Origin: Candidatus Marinacidobacterales bacterium
Lineage (GTDB): Bacteria; Acidobacteriota; Vicinamibacteria; Marinacidobacterales; DATDRI01
DNA length: 64,000 nucleotides
Direction: 5' to 3'
Assembly (NCBI GenBank): GCA_965219415.1
Contig: OZ244742.1
Coordinates: forward strand, 1,952,001-2,016,000
The position numbers and the translations under genes were made by a program. The notes beneath the pieces are model-generated. The model saw nothing but the letters and a program-made list of their open reading frames with translations, made no database searches and was not told where the DNA came from. Positions 21,221 through 32,152 of the stretch are shown piece after piece (the stretch's first letter is position 1; each line of letters starts with the position of its first letter).

Positions 21221-22975
21221 CTACAGAGGCCAGACCGTGACCAGCAGGGGGAGTGAGATCACAACGATGAGAATTTCGAGAGGCAAGCCCATTCGCCAGT
21301 AATCACCAAAGTGATAGCCGCCGGGCCCCATGACCAAAACGTTATTCTGATGCCCGATGGGCGTGAGGAAAGCACACGAGGCCCCGATGGCGGTAGCCAT
21401 CAGAAATGGGTCGGAGTTGACGTCGAGCGCCGTGGCGAGGCTCGCTGCGATGGGGGCCATGATGACGGCCGTCGCCGCGTTGTTCATGAGATCGGAAAGG
21501 GTCATCGTGATAATCATGATCGCCGCAAGAACGGCGATTGGATGAACGGCCGTGCCGAGCCGAGCAATGACGCCCGCAATCCACTCCGTGCCTCCGGTCG
21601 CTTGGAGAGCCTGCCCGACGGGAATCATGGAGGCCAAGAGAATAATGACCGGCCAATCGATCGTCTCGTAGACCTGGCGCGGCGTGAGGACGTTGAAGAC
21701 GACAAGCGCAGCGACGGCAGCTCCGAACGCGATCTCCACCGGCAGAACGCCTGCAGCAGTCACACCGATGGCCCCGAGGAATATGGCGACGGGCAAGAGG
21801 GTCTCCCGACGCTTTCCGAGCTGGAGCCCGCGCTCCGCCAGCGGGAGAACGTCGAGCGACACCACAGTGTCTGCGAGGGTCTCAGACTCCCCTTGAAGAA
21901 GCAGTACGTCTCCGGCGCGCAACTTGACCTTGCGGAGCCTGGTTTTAATGGGTCTCCCCTCTCGGGATATGGCAAGTAGGTTTGCGTTATAGCGGGATCG
22001 TAGTCTCAGGCTTCCGCACGTTCGACCTTCGATTCTGGCTCCGCCAGGGATGACGGCTTCTATCAAGGCCATCTCGTCGGGGCGCGGGGCCTCTTCGCCG
22101 TCGGCCTTCTTTCCCGCCAACTCGAGCCCAGCGGCTTTCATCAACTTGTTTAGATCTCCCGGATCCGCCTCCATCAATAGGATGTCGCCCTCTTCCAGCA
22201 TCTCGTGCCTCGGTGTTCCGGGCAGGCGCTTTCGGCGGCGGATCAGGGAAACGGCCGTAACCTCCCCCTCTGACATTTTCTCTAGCTCCTCCACCTCCTT
22301 CCCCACCGACTTCGACCCCTTCGGCACTTTCACCTCAACGACATAGTTTGCAATCTCGAACAGATCCTGTGGCGGCTTCTGGCCACGGCGCTCTTTCGGG
22401 ATGAACCTCCATCCAAGAAACGTGATGTAGAGAACGCCGACGATCGCCAGCGGCACGCCGACCGGAGAAAAGTCGAAGAGCCCGAACGCGGAGCCCGTGG
22501 CGTCCGCCCGGTAGGAACCGATGATGATGTTGGGAGGCGTCCCGATGAGCGAGGTGAGACCACCGAGAATCGAACCGAAGGAAAGCGGCATCAAGATCTG
22601 TGCCGGGGGCAAACCCGATTGCAGCGCCAACGGCATTAGAAGCGCGAGCGCGGCGACATTATTCATGAAGGCGGAGAGAAAGGCGGCCAAGACGGTGAGC
22701 GCTCCGATCATCAGAAGCGGACGCTGCTTGAACACGGTGAGACCTCGAGCCAGTCGATCGATGAGGCCCGAGCTCTGCAAACCGCGGCTAAGCACCAACG
22801 CCGCGGCGACTGTGATGACGGCCGGGTGGCCCAAGCCGGAGTATGCATCTTCAAACGGCACAACGCCGACCAATACCCCGGCCGTAAGGCAAACGAAGGC
22901 GACCACGTCATAGCGCCATCGTCCCCAGATGAAGAGAACGAGTGCAGCAGCGAGAATGGTGAAGGTGATTAGCAT
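21221..22975 (-). CDS. SLC13 family permease with TrkA-C domains
   Basis: SAFMNN, GTPPNIII, two RCK-C domains, AFLTPIGHQNN, DYWRMGLPL. Confidence 0.9.
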   Translation of the reverse strand: MLITFTILAAALVLFIWGRWRYDVVAFVCLTAGVLVGVVPFEDAYSGLGHPAVITVAAALVLSRGLQSSGLIDRLARGLTVFKQRPLLMIGALTVLAAFLSAFMNNVAALALLMPLALQSGLPPAQILMPLSFGSILGGLTSLIGTPPNIIIGSYRADATGSAFGLFDFSPVGVPLAIVGVLYITFLGWRFIPKERRGQKPPQDLFEIANYVVEVKVPKGSKSVGKEVEELEKMSEGEVTAVSLIRRRKRLPGTPRHEMLEEGDILLMEADPGDLNKLMKAAGLELAGKKADGEEAPRPDEMALIEAVIPGGARIEGRTCGSLRLRSRYNANLLAISREGRPIKTRLRKVKLRAGDVLLLQGESETLADTVVSLDVLPLAERGLQLGKRRETLLPVAIFLGAIGVTAAGVLPVEIAFGAAVAALVVFNVLTPRQVYETIDWPVIILLASMIPVGQALQATGGTEWIAGVIARLGTAVHPIAVLAAIMIITMTLSDLMNNAATAVIMAPIAASLATALDVNSDPFLMATAIGASCAFLTPIGHQNNVLVMGPGGYHFGDYWRMGLPLEILIVVISLPLLVTVWPL

Positions 22976-22988
22976 AGATCGGTGGTTG

Positions 22989-24992
22989 TCACCAGATGTA
23001 GTTTTTGGCGATTTCTCGCTTGTCACGCCCGGCCAAGAGATGCACGACGCGGATCCTTTTCACAGTGACCGGCGACATCGCGCCGAGAGGGATGTGGATG
23101 ATCCGCTTCTTCTGTGAAGCGGCGTAACGGTGCATCACGGGTGATGGCGCATCTTTGGCCAGATGGACGACAAATTTTTCTTCACTATAATCCACCGCCG
23201 ACATCAGCAGCACTTCCGCCTTCTCCTTGGCAAGACGATACTCCCGATCCTGCCAGACATCGAAGACTCGGCGTGGTGGGTACGTCATCATGAATCCACC
23301 GTATGTCGCGCGCATGATGCCGGGCCCTACAACCTGCCCCCCTGGATCGGTGGAGTAAAACGCCATGTCCGACTCTTGCTCGTCTTCACCGAGCCACGTC
23401 ATACAGTAAGGAAACCGATCGCCCTCGCGGTCTCGGTCGAAGATCACCACCACCGATCCTGCATCCCCCAACGAGCGGCCCAGCTCCTGAACGTAGACGC
23501 GACCTTCGTGCAGGTTGCGAAGTGTTTCCCGCATATCGATGCCGTCGAGCATGGTGCTGGTAAAGGGCTCGGTACGTTTGCGCTCCGCGGAGAGAATGGC
23601 GACCGCCTTGCTCTGAAGGTATCGAGCGTAATCTTCAATCACGATGTCCTCGGGGCGATGAGAGCAAAGGCCCGTCGGGTCGAAGGCATCGAGCCACTTT
23701 TGCGGATCATCCGTCGTCGGTCTTTCCCGCACCGGGACACGGGTCGGACGTTGCTTGACGCGAAAGAAACGCTTGCGAAACGTGATCTTCCGCGTGCCGA
23801 GGTCGAGCTCATCCCCATCGATGCGCACCGTGGCCAGCTCCGCGGTCTCCTTTTGCCAGGGGTAGGTGCGCGCCACATCGAAAACCTCCCAAGCCAAGTT
23901 GTCGTCTCCAACCCCCCGCGCGGCGACCGCCCATTCGTAGAGCCCAGGGACCAAGACACCTTGAAGCCGAGCATAACGACTTCCAAAGTCCAAGAACGTT
24001 TTTCGCTGCCAAGGTTGAACGTTCTCGCGGGTCTGCCCCTCGTACGATGAAGCCCCGATGCGCCAAACGACACTTTGCAGTGCCCGACGATCCGCGAACC
24101 TCTTTTTCGTGAATGCGGTCCGATGTCCGTGGTGCGCGGCGTACCGGGCGACATTCATCGGCCGCTCCTTCGCTTGCTCGTCCTTCTCTCCGGTAATGAC
24201 TCTAAGTCCGTATTGGACCCACGAGACCTGGCGCGAGCGTGTCGACTGCAGGTCGACCTCTTTGGGCGCTTCTCCATCCCGTAAGAGCTCGAAGACAGAA
24301 TGAGCCAGCGGCGGATCGGGTAGGATCGCCGTGAGACTGTCCGGATGGAGGTGACGAATCTCGGCGTGGCTGCGTTTGGCGCGCACGAAAGGCTCGGCAG
24401 TCGGCTTCTCGAGAAGACGACCCACCGCGCGCACGTGCGCCGCACCGAGCAACGAAAGCAGTGATCCGGGGGGGCAAATCCCTCTCGCTTGCTTGATGCG
24501 GTGGGCGATGCCTGCCTCGCGCTGCCTATCCGCTTCGCTCGATGGCGCGTCCCTACTCTGCTCGACCAGCAGCTCGAAGTACTTTTGCGGTCCAAGGTTC
24601 CAGATCGCGTAGGGGTCGGGTACCGGATCCCTTCGACGCTCCTCGTACGGAATATCCGGATCTACGAAGAAGACTGATTTTTCGCGCTCGTTCGCCCATC
24701 GGAGCGCTTCGGCAAACGGATCGCCGGGAATAGAGACCCAAACGAGCGCGTCTTCTCCGCTTCGCTCGGAGAGGACGAGCGAGATTTTGGGCAGACGCCT
24801 GATCGCCTTGAGAACGATCTCGGTCAAGCTGGTTGGGAGCTCGACGGCGATGCCGGCGGGGTTCAGCTCGTCCAACACCGCCCGTACAACCGAGGCAACG
24901 TCGAGACGGTCGTGCACTACTGGAAGTACGTGAACGCCGGGAACAACCTCCGGAGCTAAAGACTTCAGGCTGGTCTTTTTCTTCCGGCCCAT
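22989..24992 (-). CDS. conserved hypothetical protein (667 aa) next to the AAA+ ATPase
   Basis: long intact ORF; LPVVH, IAVELP, ADRQRE and LGAAH resemble TraB/GumN-like motifs. Confidence 0.75.
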   Translation of the reverse strand: MGRKKKTSLKSLAPEVVPGVHVLPVVHDRLDVASVVRAVLDELNPAGIAVELPTSLTEIVLKAIRRLPKISLVLSERSGEDALVWVSIPGDPFAEALRWANEREKSVFFVDPDIPYEERRRDPVPDPYAIWNLGPQKYFELLVEQSRDAPSSEADRQREAGIAHRIKQARGICPPGSLLSLLGAAHVRAVGRLLEKPTAEPFVRAKRSHAEIRHLHPDSLTAILPDPPLAHSVFELLRDGEAPKEVDLQSTRSRQVSWVQYGLRVITGEKDEQAKERPMNVARYAAHHGHRTAFTKKRFADRRALQSVVWRIGASSYEGQTRENVQPWQRKTFLDFGSRYARLQGVLVPGLYEWAVAARGVGDDNLAWEVFDVARTYPWQKETAELATVRIDGDELDLGTRKITFRKRFFRVKQRPTRVPVRERPTTDDPQKWLDAFDPTGLCSHRPEDIVIEDYARYLQSKAVAILSAERKRTEPFTSTMLDGIDMRETLRNLHEGRVYVQELGRSLGDAGSVVVIFDRDREGDRFPYCMTWLGEDEQESDMAFYSTDPGGQVVGPGIMRATYGGFMMTYPPRRVFDVWQDREYRLAKEKAEVLLMSAVDYSEEKFVVHLAKDAPSPVMHRYAASQKKRIIHIPLGAMSPVTVKRIRVVHLLAGRDKREIAKNYIW

Positions 24993-25002
24993 GTCGACAG
25001 CG

Positions 25003-25839
25003 TCAAAATATGTCGAACTGCTTGGCCTCCTCGGCTCCAATTGCCAGCTCGAGGGCTTTGCCTACGGCGGACTTGGCGTCCAGCGCGCGTTTTGTGTGCA
25101 ACATCTTCATCGCGTAGCGCACGACGTTCATCCCGTCCCTGACGGTGTAGCGCAGATCGGCTTGGTGGGCGGCCTGCAGGTAGGTAAGGACGTAGTTCAA
25201 CACATCGTCGTCGGCGAAAGGAATCTGTTCCTTCAGAATCGCGCGCTCTTCGTCTTCTTCGGGGAAGTCCACATAGATTTGCGGCATCAGGCGCGAATGG
25301 ATGTACTCTGGAACCTCGTAGGTCGAAGCGTCTTCGTTCATGGTAGTGACGAAGCGAAACTCGTCATGAGCCGAGACTTTGACGCCGGCGACAAGACTCT
25401 CCGCGTAACGACGATGATCGAGAAGTGGAGCCAGAGAGGCCCAAGACTTCTCGCTCATGCGATTAGCTTCGTCGAGAACGCAAGCTCCGCCGCGAACCAT
25501 GGCGCTTACCAGGGGGGATGCCATGTAGCGCACACCGCCGGTGGGATCGAGAACTGGTGAAACCAAAAGATCCTCGGGGCGCGTATCCATCGTCGCCTGC
25601 ATGATATAGACGCCGAGGCCTAGCTCCCGCGCGGCGGCGCACCCCAGGGTCGTCTTGCCGACGCCGGGTTTTCCGAGAAGACGCGGATGAAGAGGTAGGT
25701 CCTTCTCATCCACGCGCGTCCAGGCCGCCAGAAGCTGCAACAAGACCTCGCGCTGCCCCACCCACGTCGTAACCTTCTTTTCCGGCGAAGTGAGGTGGAG
25801 AGTGACTCCTTCGATGTCGATGGTTTTCTTTCGCGCCAT
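25003..25839 (-). CDS. MoxR/CbbQ-type AAA+ ATPase (AAA_5)
   Basis: Walker A GKPGVGKT, Walker B CVLDE, sensor TTMN, SRL Arg finger, TVRD. Confidence 0.9.
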   Translation of the reverse strand: MARKKTIDIEGVTLHLTSPEKKVTTWVGQREVLLQLLAAWTRVDEKDLPLHPRLLGKPGVGKTTLGCAAARELGLGVYIMQATMDTRPEDLLVSPVLDPTGGVRYMASPLVSAMVRGGACVLDEANRMSEKSWASLAPLLDHRRYAESLVAGVKVSAHDEFRFVTTMNEDASTYEVPEYIHSRLMPQIYVDFPEEDEERAILKEQIPFADDDVLNYVLTYLQAAHQADLRYTVRDGMNVVRYAMKMLHTKRALDAKSAVGKALELAIGAEEAKQFDIF

Positions 25840-25859
25840 CGGTGGTCTGCCGTAGGTTA

Positions 25860-26720
25860 TTAGTGGGGAACTTGGCCTGCGGCGTGATAGGAGCTTCGAA
25901 CCAAAGGCCCGGATTCGACGTGGCGAAAGCCAGTCGCCTCCCCCACGCGCTTCAGCTCGCGAAACTCGTCGGGATGATAAAAACGTTCGACCGCCAAGTG
26001 CTTCTTGGTCGGCTGGAGATACTGGCCGATCGTGAACACCTCGACTCGTGCCGGTACCAGTTCCTTCATGACATCCACGATCTCGTCGAAGTCCTCTCCG
26101 AGTCCGACCATGATTCCCGTCTTGCTCACGACTCCTGGAGACAGCGTCTTGGTGCGCTGGAGCAGTTCTATCGACTGCGAGTAGTTCGCGCCCGGTCGGA
26201 CTCGCTTATAGAGACGGGGCACCGTCTCGATGTTGTGGTTGAGGATTTGGGGTCGAGCCGCCAGGACTGCTTCTAGAGCCGCCTTCGAACCTTTGAAGTC
26301 GGGTATCAAGACCTCGATGGTAGTATCGGGATTGTCCCGTCTCACTGCTTCGATGGTACGGGCAAAGAGGGTCGCGCCCCCGTCGGGTAGCTCATCGCGA
26401 TTGACCGAGGTGATCACCACGTGTCGCAAACCCATCGCCTTCACCGCCGCGGCAACGCGTGACGGCTCGGCCAAATCAAGCGTGGTCGGCAGCCCAGTTG
26501 TCACGGCGCAGAAGCCGCAAGCCCGAGTGCAGATGTCGCCCAAGATCATGAAAGTCGCGGTTCCCTGCCCCCAGCATTCGGCCACATTGGGACATCGAGC
26601 CTCTTCACAAACGGTGTGGAGATTGTGCTCCCGCATCACCGACTTGAGGCGGGTGTAGTTCTCGCCACCGGGAAGGCGGACGCGAAGCCAATCCGGCCGC
26701 GGTGATCTTGTAGCTACCAT
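25860..26720 (-). CDS. lipA: lipoyl synthase
   Basis: CEEARCPNVAEC, CTRACGFC, RSSYHA. Confidence 0.97.
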   Translation of the reverse strand: MVATRSPRPDWLRVRLPGGENYTRLKSVMREHNLHTVCEEARCPNVAECWGQGTATFMILGDICTRACGFCAVTTGLPTTLDLAEPSRVAAAVKAMGLRHVVITSVNRDELPDGGATLFARTIEAVRRDNPDTTIEVLIPDFKGSKAALEAVLAARPQILNHNIETVPRLYKRVRPGANYSQSIELLQRTKTLSPGVVSKTGIMVGLGEDFDEIVDVMKELVPARVEVFTIGQYLQPTKKHLAVERFYHPDEFRELKRVGEATGFRHVESGPLVRSSYHAAGQVPH

Positions 26721-26791
26721 GGCTTCATATTCTACAAACAATTAGACGGGATTGACAGGCTGGCTTTCTCACCCTTGATAGCGAGCGGCCG

Positions 26792-29342
26792 CTATGGAGC
26801 TCGAGGCAGCGGTGACCTGGGCTCCGGCACCTCCCGACGCCCCCGCCTTTCATCAATCTTCCGCCTCTTATCGATCTTCCGTTGGATGAATTCCGCCCCG
26901 TAGACATGTTCGGCCGCCAATCGGTTGTGGGGCGGGCATAAAAGGCGAAGAAATCGCTCATCGTGGCTGCGAAAGATGGCAAACGGCCGCTCGTGTTCCA
27001 CCTGAAGACCAGTCCGCGACCGACATCGCCTCCCATCAACGCTTTTGTATTCACATTGGTTGTTCCCACGAGCGTGGACCCGCTCGATGGCCTCAGAAGG
27101 AATGTATCGCGACCTGGCCGGCTGGTCTTCCACACCTGGCGCGACATCTCCCGACACCTGACCCGGACGAGCAAGGCCGCCGGCTGAGGCCGGCCCTATC
27201 AGGCGAGAAACTACCTGAGCTGATAAAAGGGTTGTCGGTGAAGGCCCCGGCAGCTAAACCCCGTAGCACCACTGGTGCACTAATGCCCCAGGACGAGCTT
27301 GGGTCCGAGCCGGCTCCCTATCATTGGCGAGGCTTTGAACGGAAGCACTCCCCAACGACACCGTCTTTGAATCAAATGGGGGATTGGCTCATCGAGCAAG
27401 GAGTCGAATCGGTTGCGATGGAAAGCACCTACGTCTATTGGATTCCGATTTATGAGTTGCTTGAATCGCGGGGTCTTGAAGTGGTGCTGGTAAATGCTCG
27501 ACAGTTAAAAAACGTCCCCGGGCGTAAAACCGATATGCATGACTGTCAGTGGCTGCAGCTGTTACACAGCTGTGGTCTGTTGCGAGGCTCGTTTCGTCCT
27601 GGTGAGTCGATCTGCCGCCTACGCTCGCTTCACCGACAGCGTTGCAGCCTCATCGAGCAGTGTAGTCGAGCTATTCAATGGATACAGAAATCTCTGGACC
27701 AAATGAACGTTCAGGTCCATCGTGCAGTGACCGACATCACCGGCGTCACAGGCATGCTCATCGTGCGCGCCATCGTTGATGGTGAGCGTGACCCGTCAAA
27801 GCTGGCTGCATTTCGTGACCAACGCTTGCAAGAAGAGCGAAGAGGAGATCGCCGAGCATCTTACCGGCACTTGGCGTGACGAGCATCTTTTCAACCTCGC
27901 ATCGGCTCTGCGTCTCTACGATGCGCTACAAGCCGAAGTCGAACTGTTCGACCAGCGTATCCTTGAAGTGCTCATCGAACTCCAGCCGCCACAACGCGGA
28001 CACCACAACGTGCCAGCTCATCCAAATCCGCAAAAACGATACGACATGCAGCATCGGGGCGAGAGCGAACTGCGCAACGAGCTGTGGCGTTTTGCTGGAT
28101 GCGACCTCACCAGGATCGACGGAATCAGTCCAACCACCGCCGCCATTGTCCTCACCGAGATCGGATTCGACCTCTCTGATTTCCCTTTCGAAAAATTCTT
28201 CGTCTCATGGCTACATCTCGCCCCACGTCGCCCTATCTCCGGCGGTAAACAACTCTCCAAACGCCGCAACGGCACCGGCTCCAATCGCATCGCCGGTGCC
28301 TTACGTATGGCCGCTGTATCTCTCTCCCGCTCCAAGACGCCCTAGGCGCTTACTATCGCCGCACTGCTCGCCGTAAAGATGGCAAAACCGCCGTCTTTGC
28401 TACAGCACGCAAGCTCGCCCAGCTCGTCTTCCGCATGCTCAAATATGGCCACGATTACATCGATATCGGCGAACGCGCCTTCGAAGACCGTTTTCGCCAA
28501 AACCACATCAACGGTTTACAAAAGGCAGCCGAAGCTCTCGGATACACCCTCACTCCCCAGGCTTCCGGAGGGTAGTTTCGGGTCAGGTGTGGTTTTGGTG
28601 GCCTTTTGCCTCGCCCTTCGCCGCTCGAGCTTCCTCTTGGGGTCTTTCTTATCGAGGGCAACGTCCAGAGCCTGCTCCAAGATCTCCGCCATATGCTTTT
28701 GAGCATTCTCGACGCCCATGACTTCAGCCAGTCGCTCGAACTTCTCTTTGAAGCTCCGGTCGGCCGAGAATCTGAAGTTAAACACGGCGGGGCGGGCTGG
28801 CTGGAGGATGTTGGCCGAGCTCGGTGACCGCTGCTGCGTCCTCATCGTCAACTCGCGCGGAGGGGGCGCTGGTCTTTCCGCTGGCGCTGCCTCCACCGGC
28901 AGCGGCCGGGCGGGGCGTCTTCGGATCGACGGCTCGAACACCGGTTTGGGCTCGATATGAACGAGATACTCTAGTACCTCCTTCTTGGTCATCCCGGCGC
29001 AGTCCGCAAGGAGCTTGTCGACATTACCCTCACTCAGATGAGGGGCCAGAAATCCCGCAACCGTGAGACTGATACGGTTCTCGGCCAGCGCGACGAGGAG
29101 CTGAGGGAAGCGAATGGAAACATTGGCCACGTGTATTCGCGATGCGACCGAGCCTTCGCTCAGATGAAGCCGTTCGACGCAGTAGTGAAACGTACTCTTG
29201 TAACCGAGCTCGAGCGCGACCTTTCTCCTGGACATCTCGGCGATATGGGCCATGAGCTGGGCAACGTTTTGTTTCTCGGCGCAGACCAATTTCTCGGCCG
29301 AACGATCCAGCTCGCCGTCAGACAGACGTTCAAGCTTTCCGA
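26792..29342 (-). pseudogene. DUF222-like/HNH endonuclease gene, interrupted by IS110 and 5'-truncated by IS256
   Basis: N-part LSDGEL..AHIAEM..GYKSTFHYC..LHLSEG; C-part RYIP..CEY..C..EH..LLCPPHN; the parts rejoin in frame when IS110 is removed. Confidence 0.85.
27172..28586 (+). mobile_element. IS110 family element with defective transposase
   Basis: VAMEST.VYW, GRKTD, RIDGIS, ISGGK motifs; frameshifts near 27825 and 28340; AG at 27170-71 and 28585-86; inverted GAAACTACC/GGTAGTTTC. Confidence 0.9.
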
Positions 29343-30711
29343 GGATCCGTCCCGCTTCCCGTGGAAATAAGAATGGCGTAACCTCCGGTTAAGCAAAACG
29401 AAACCGCGCCTGGAAAGGCGAGGAGGAGGATTACGCCATGAAGAAGCCTACCACCATATTGAAGGAGTCTGTAAGCGAGTACCGGGAGTTCGTCCAACTT
29501 CGGCTGCGCATGCGGGTACTGGAGGCGATCGAGGTTGTGCTCGAGGAAGAAGTCGACCAAGCGCTGGGGTGTTGTAGCTACGAGCGTGCGGAAGACCGCC
29601 GTGGATATCGCAACGGAGCCGAAACCCGTCGCGTGACGACGTCGGTGGGAACTCGCGAGCTCCGGGTGCCACGAGCCCGCGTGCGAGACGAGGAAACGGG
29701 AGAAACGACAGAGTTCAGGAGCGAGCTGTTGCCCCGGTACGCGCGCCGGACTCGTGAGATCGACGAGGCGCTCTTGGGGACGTACTTGTCGGGCGCGAAT
29801 AGCCGCCGGGTCCGCAAAGCGCTGAAACCACTGCTCGGTGAGGAGCACCTATCGAAGAGCGCGGTGTCTCGCGTGGTTAGCCGGCTGAAGGAGCGCTTCG
29901 AGGAATGGCAGAACCGTGCTCTCAGCGAGGAGGTCTACGCGATCGTTTACCTGGACGGCTTCCACCTGAAAGTGCGGATGGCGAAACGTGTGATCAGCGT
30001 ACCCGTACTGGCCGCGCTCGGGGTCGCGCCAGACGGGCACAAACGTCTGTTGTCATTGCGTCTGGCGGTGAGCGAAGCCTCGACGCATTGGGGCTCCGTA
30101 CTGGAGGGACTCCAGGCTCGAGGACTCCGGGCTCCCAAGCTAGTGATCAGCGACGGCCACAAGGGGCTGACGAAAGCGCTGGAGAAGTGGCCGGGGTGCC
30201 GGTTGCAGCGATGTACCGAGCACAAGCGCGCCAACTTGCTCCAACATTGCCCGGCGCACGCACGCCGTGAGCTCCGGCGTGACTACAACCGGATCGTCTA
30301 CGCCAAGAACGGGATCGATGCTCGCAAAGCCTATGACGAGCTCGTCGCCAAGTGGACGCCTCTCGCGCCGGCCGTCGTCCGAAGCCTAGAGGAGGCCGGT
30401 AATCAGCTGGGCTGACCTTCTACGAATTCCCTCGTGCCATGTGGAAATCGATTCGAACGACCAATGCTCTGGAGAATCTCAACCGCGAGTTTCGACGCCG
30501 GACGAAAACCCAAGCGTCATTCTCCAGCGAGGAGTCTGCGGTCGCTTTGCTGTTTGGGCTTATCGCCTCTGGCCAGATTCAACTACGACGCATCGACGGC
30601 TACCAACGTCTGAGCGAGGTTCTCGAACACGCGAAGGTTGCCGCCTGATATGATACTCTGATGACGGAGTGGAGGGCGCCGTTCTTTTTCCACGGACCTC
30701 GGGACACATCC
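29343..30711 (+). mobile_element. IS256 family element, copy 1 (transposase 29438-30648, frameshift at ~30410)
   Basis: ~35-bp imperfect terminal IRs GGATCCGTCCCG.../...CGGGACACATCC; YLDG, SDG, QRC, RTTNALE. Confidence 0.92.
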
Positions 30712-30806
30712 GGCTCCAGCCGCTGGCGTGGCTTGTCCGGCCTAGATTCTTCCCTCGTAGTTTCGCCTCTCCGCTTGGCCTCGTGGATTCGGCTAGGCCC
30801 CGAACC

Positions 30807-32120
30807 CTAAAGAATCTTCTCATCCCAGGTTTCGAGCTTCTTCTTCACTTCGGCCATGAACTGGTCCCCGACCGCACCATCGATGACGCGATGATCAAAG
30901 GTCAGCGACAAGTACAGCATCGAACGGACCGCGATGGCGTCGTTCACGACGACGGGACGTTTGTGGATCGCGCCGAGGCCCAGAATTGCAACCTCGGGCT
31001 GATTGATGATCGGCGTGCCGTAGAGGGCTCCGAAGGGGCCAGGATTCGTAATCGTGAATGTCCCACCCTGAACCTCTTCGGGCTTTAGCTTCTTCTCCCG
31101 GGCCCGCGTCGCCAGATCGTTGACCGTACGCTGCAAACCGAGAAAGCTCTTCTCGTCGGCGCGATGAAGGACGGGCACGATGAGTCCCCAATCGAGGGCG
31201 ACGGCGATGCCGATATTGAGATCCTTCTTATAAATGATGTTGCTTCCATCCAAGGAGGAGTTCACGATCGGAAACGACTTCAGACCGTGGAGCACGGCGC
31301 GGATGAAAAACGGCATGTAGGTAAGCTTCACGCCTTCTTCCTGCTCGAAGCGACCTCGTTTCTCCTGGCGCAGCTTCACGATTCGCGTCATGTCTGCTTC
31401 CCAGACGGTCGAGACATGCGCCGATGTCCGTCGCGACATGACCATATGCTCAGCGATGGACTTGCGCATCACGCTCATCGGCTCCGAGTGCACACGACCC
31501 GCATAACCAGCGGTGGGAGAAGGTACAGGGGCGGCGGCCAGAGGTGCGGCTCCGGTAGGCGCAGGAAGCGTTGGCGCGCTGGGTGCGGCGGCAGCAGGGG
31601 GCGCGCCCTTCTCCAAGAAACTCGCCATGTCCTGCTTGCTGATTCGTCCTCCGGCACCGGTTCCTGGCACCTGCGACAAATTGACGTTGTGCTCCCGCGC
31701 CATCCGTCGGACTAGGGGAGACGAGCGTTGGCGCTCACCGCCAACCCCTTGGGCGGGCGTTGGCTCTGGAGCCTCCTCTCGAACCGACGCGACGGGGGCG
31801 GTCACTTCCTTCGGCACCTCGACCGTTGGCTGCGTGGTAGCCAAAGAAGGCTCGGCGGCCGCAGGTTCTACGGCCCCCCCGCTTCCACCACCGATGACCC
31901 CCACCACGGTATTGATGGGCACGGTCTCGCCTTCTCCAACCTTGATCTCAGTCAGCACTCCTGCCGCCGGCGAAGGGATCTCGGTGTCGACTTTGTCGGT
32001 TGAGATTTCGAACAGCGGCTCATCTCGTTCCACTTGATCGCCGGGCTTCTTGTACCATTTGGTGATCGTTCCCTCGGCGATGCTTTCGCCCATTTGAGGC
32101 ATGATGATCGGTGTCGCCAT
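30807..32120 (-). CDS. 2-oxoacid dehydrogenase E2 (dihydrolipoyl acyltransferase)
   Basis: lipoyl domain EISTDKV, SPLVRR binding domain, GGTFTITN, FDHRVIDG. Confidence 0.95.
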   Translation of the reverse strand: MATPIIMPQMGESIAEGTITKWYKKPGDQVERDEPLFEISTDKVDTEIPSPAAGVLTEIKVGEGETVPINTVVGVIGGGSGGAVEPAAAEPSLATTQPTVEVPKEVTAPVASVREEAPEPTPAQGVGGERQRSSPLVRRMAREHNVNLSQVPGTGAGGRISKQDMASFLEKGAPPAAAAPSAPTLPAPTGAAPLAAAPVPSPTAGYAGRVHSEPMSVMRKSIAEHMVMSRRTSAHVSTVWEADMTRIVKLRQEKRGRFEQEEGVKLTYMPFFIRAVLHGLKSFPIVNSSLDGSNIIYKKDLNIGIAVALDWGLIVPVLHRADEKSFLGLQRTVNDLATRAREKKLKPEEVQGGTFTITNPGPFGALYGTPIINQPEVAILGLGAIHKRPVVVNDAIAVRSMLYLSLTFDHRVIDGAVGDQFMAEVKKKLETWDEKIL

Positions 32121-32152
32121 CGGTCCTGTTCCTCGCTTATTGTTTAGTAGGT

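Noticed and set aside
27199-27203. IS110 left end at TCAGG next to GAAACTACC
   Set aside because: This boundary leaves the HNH gene one base out of frame; the 27172 boundary restores it exactly
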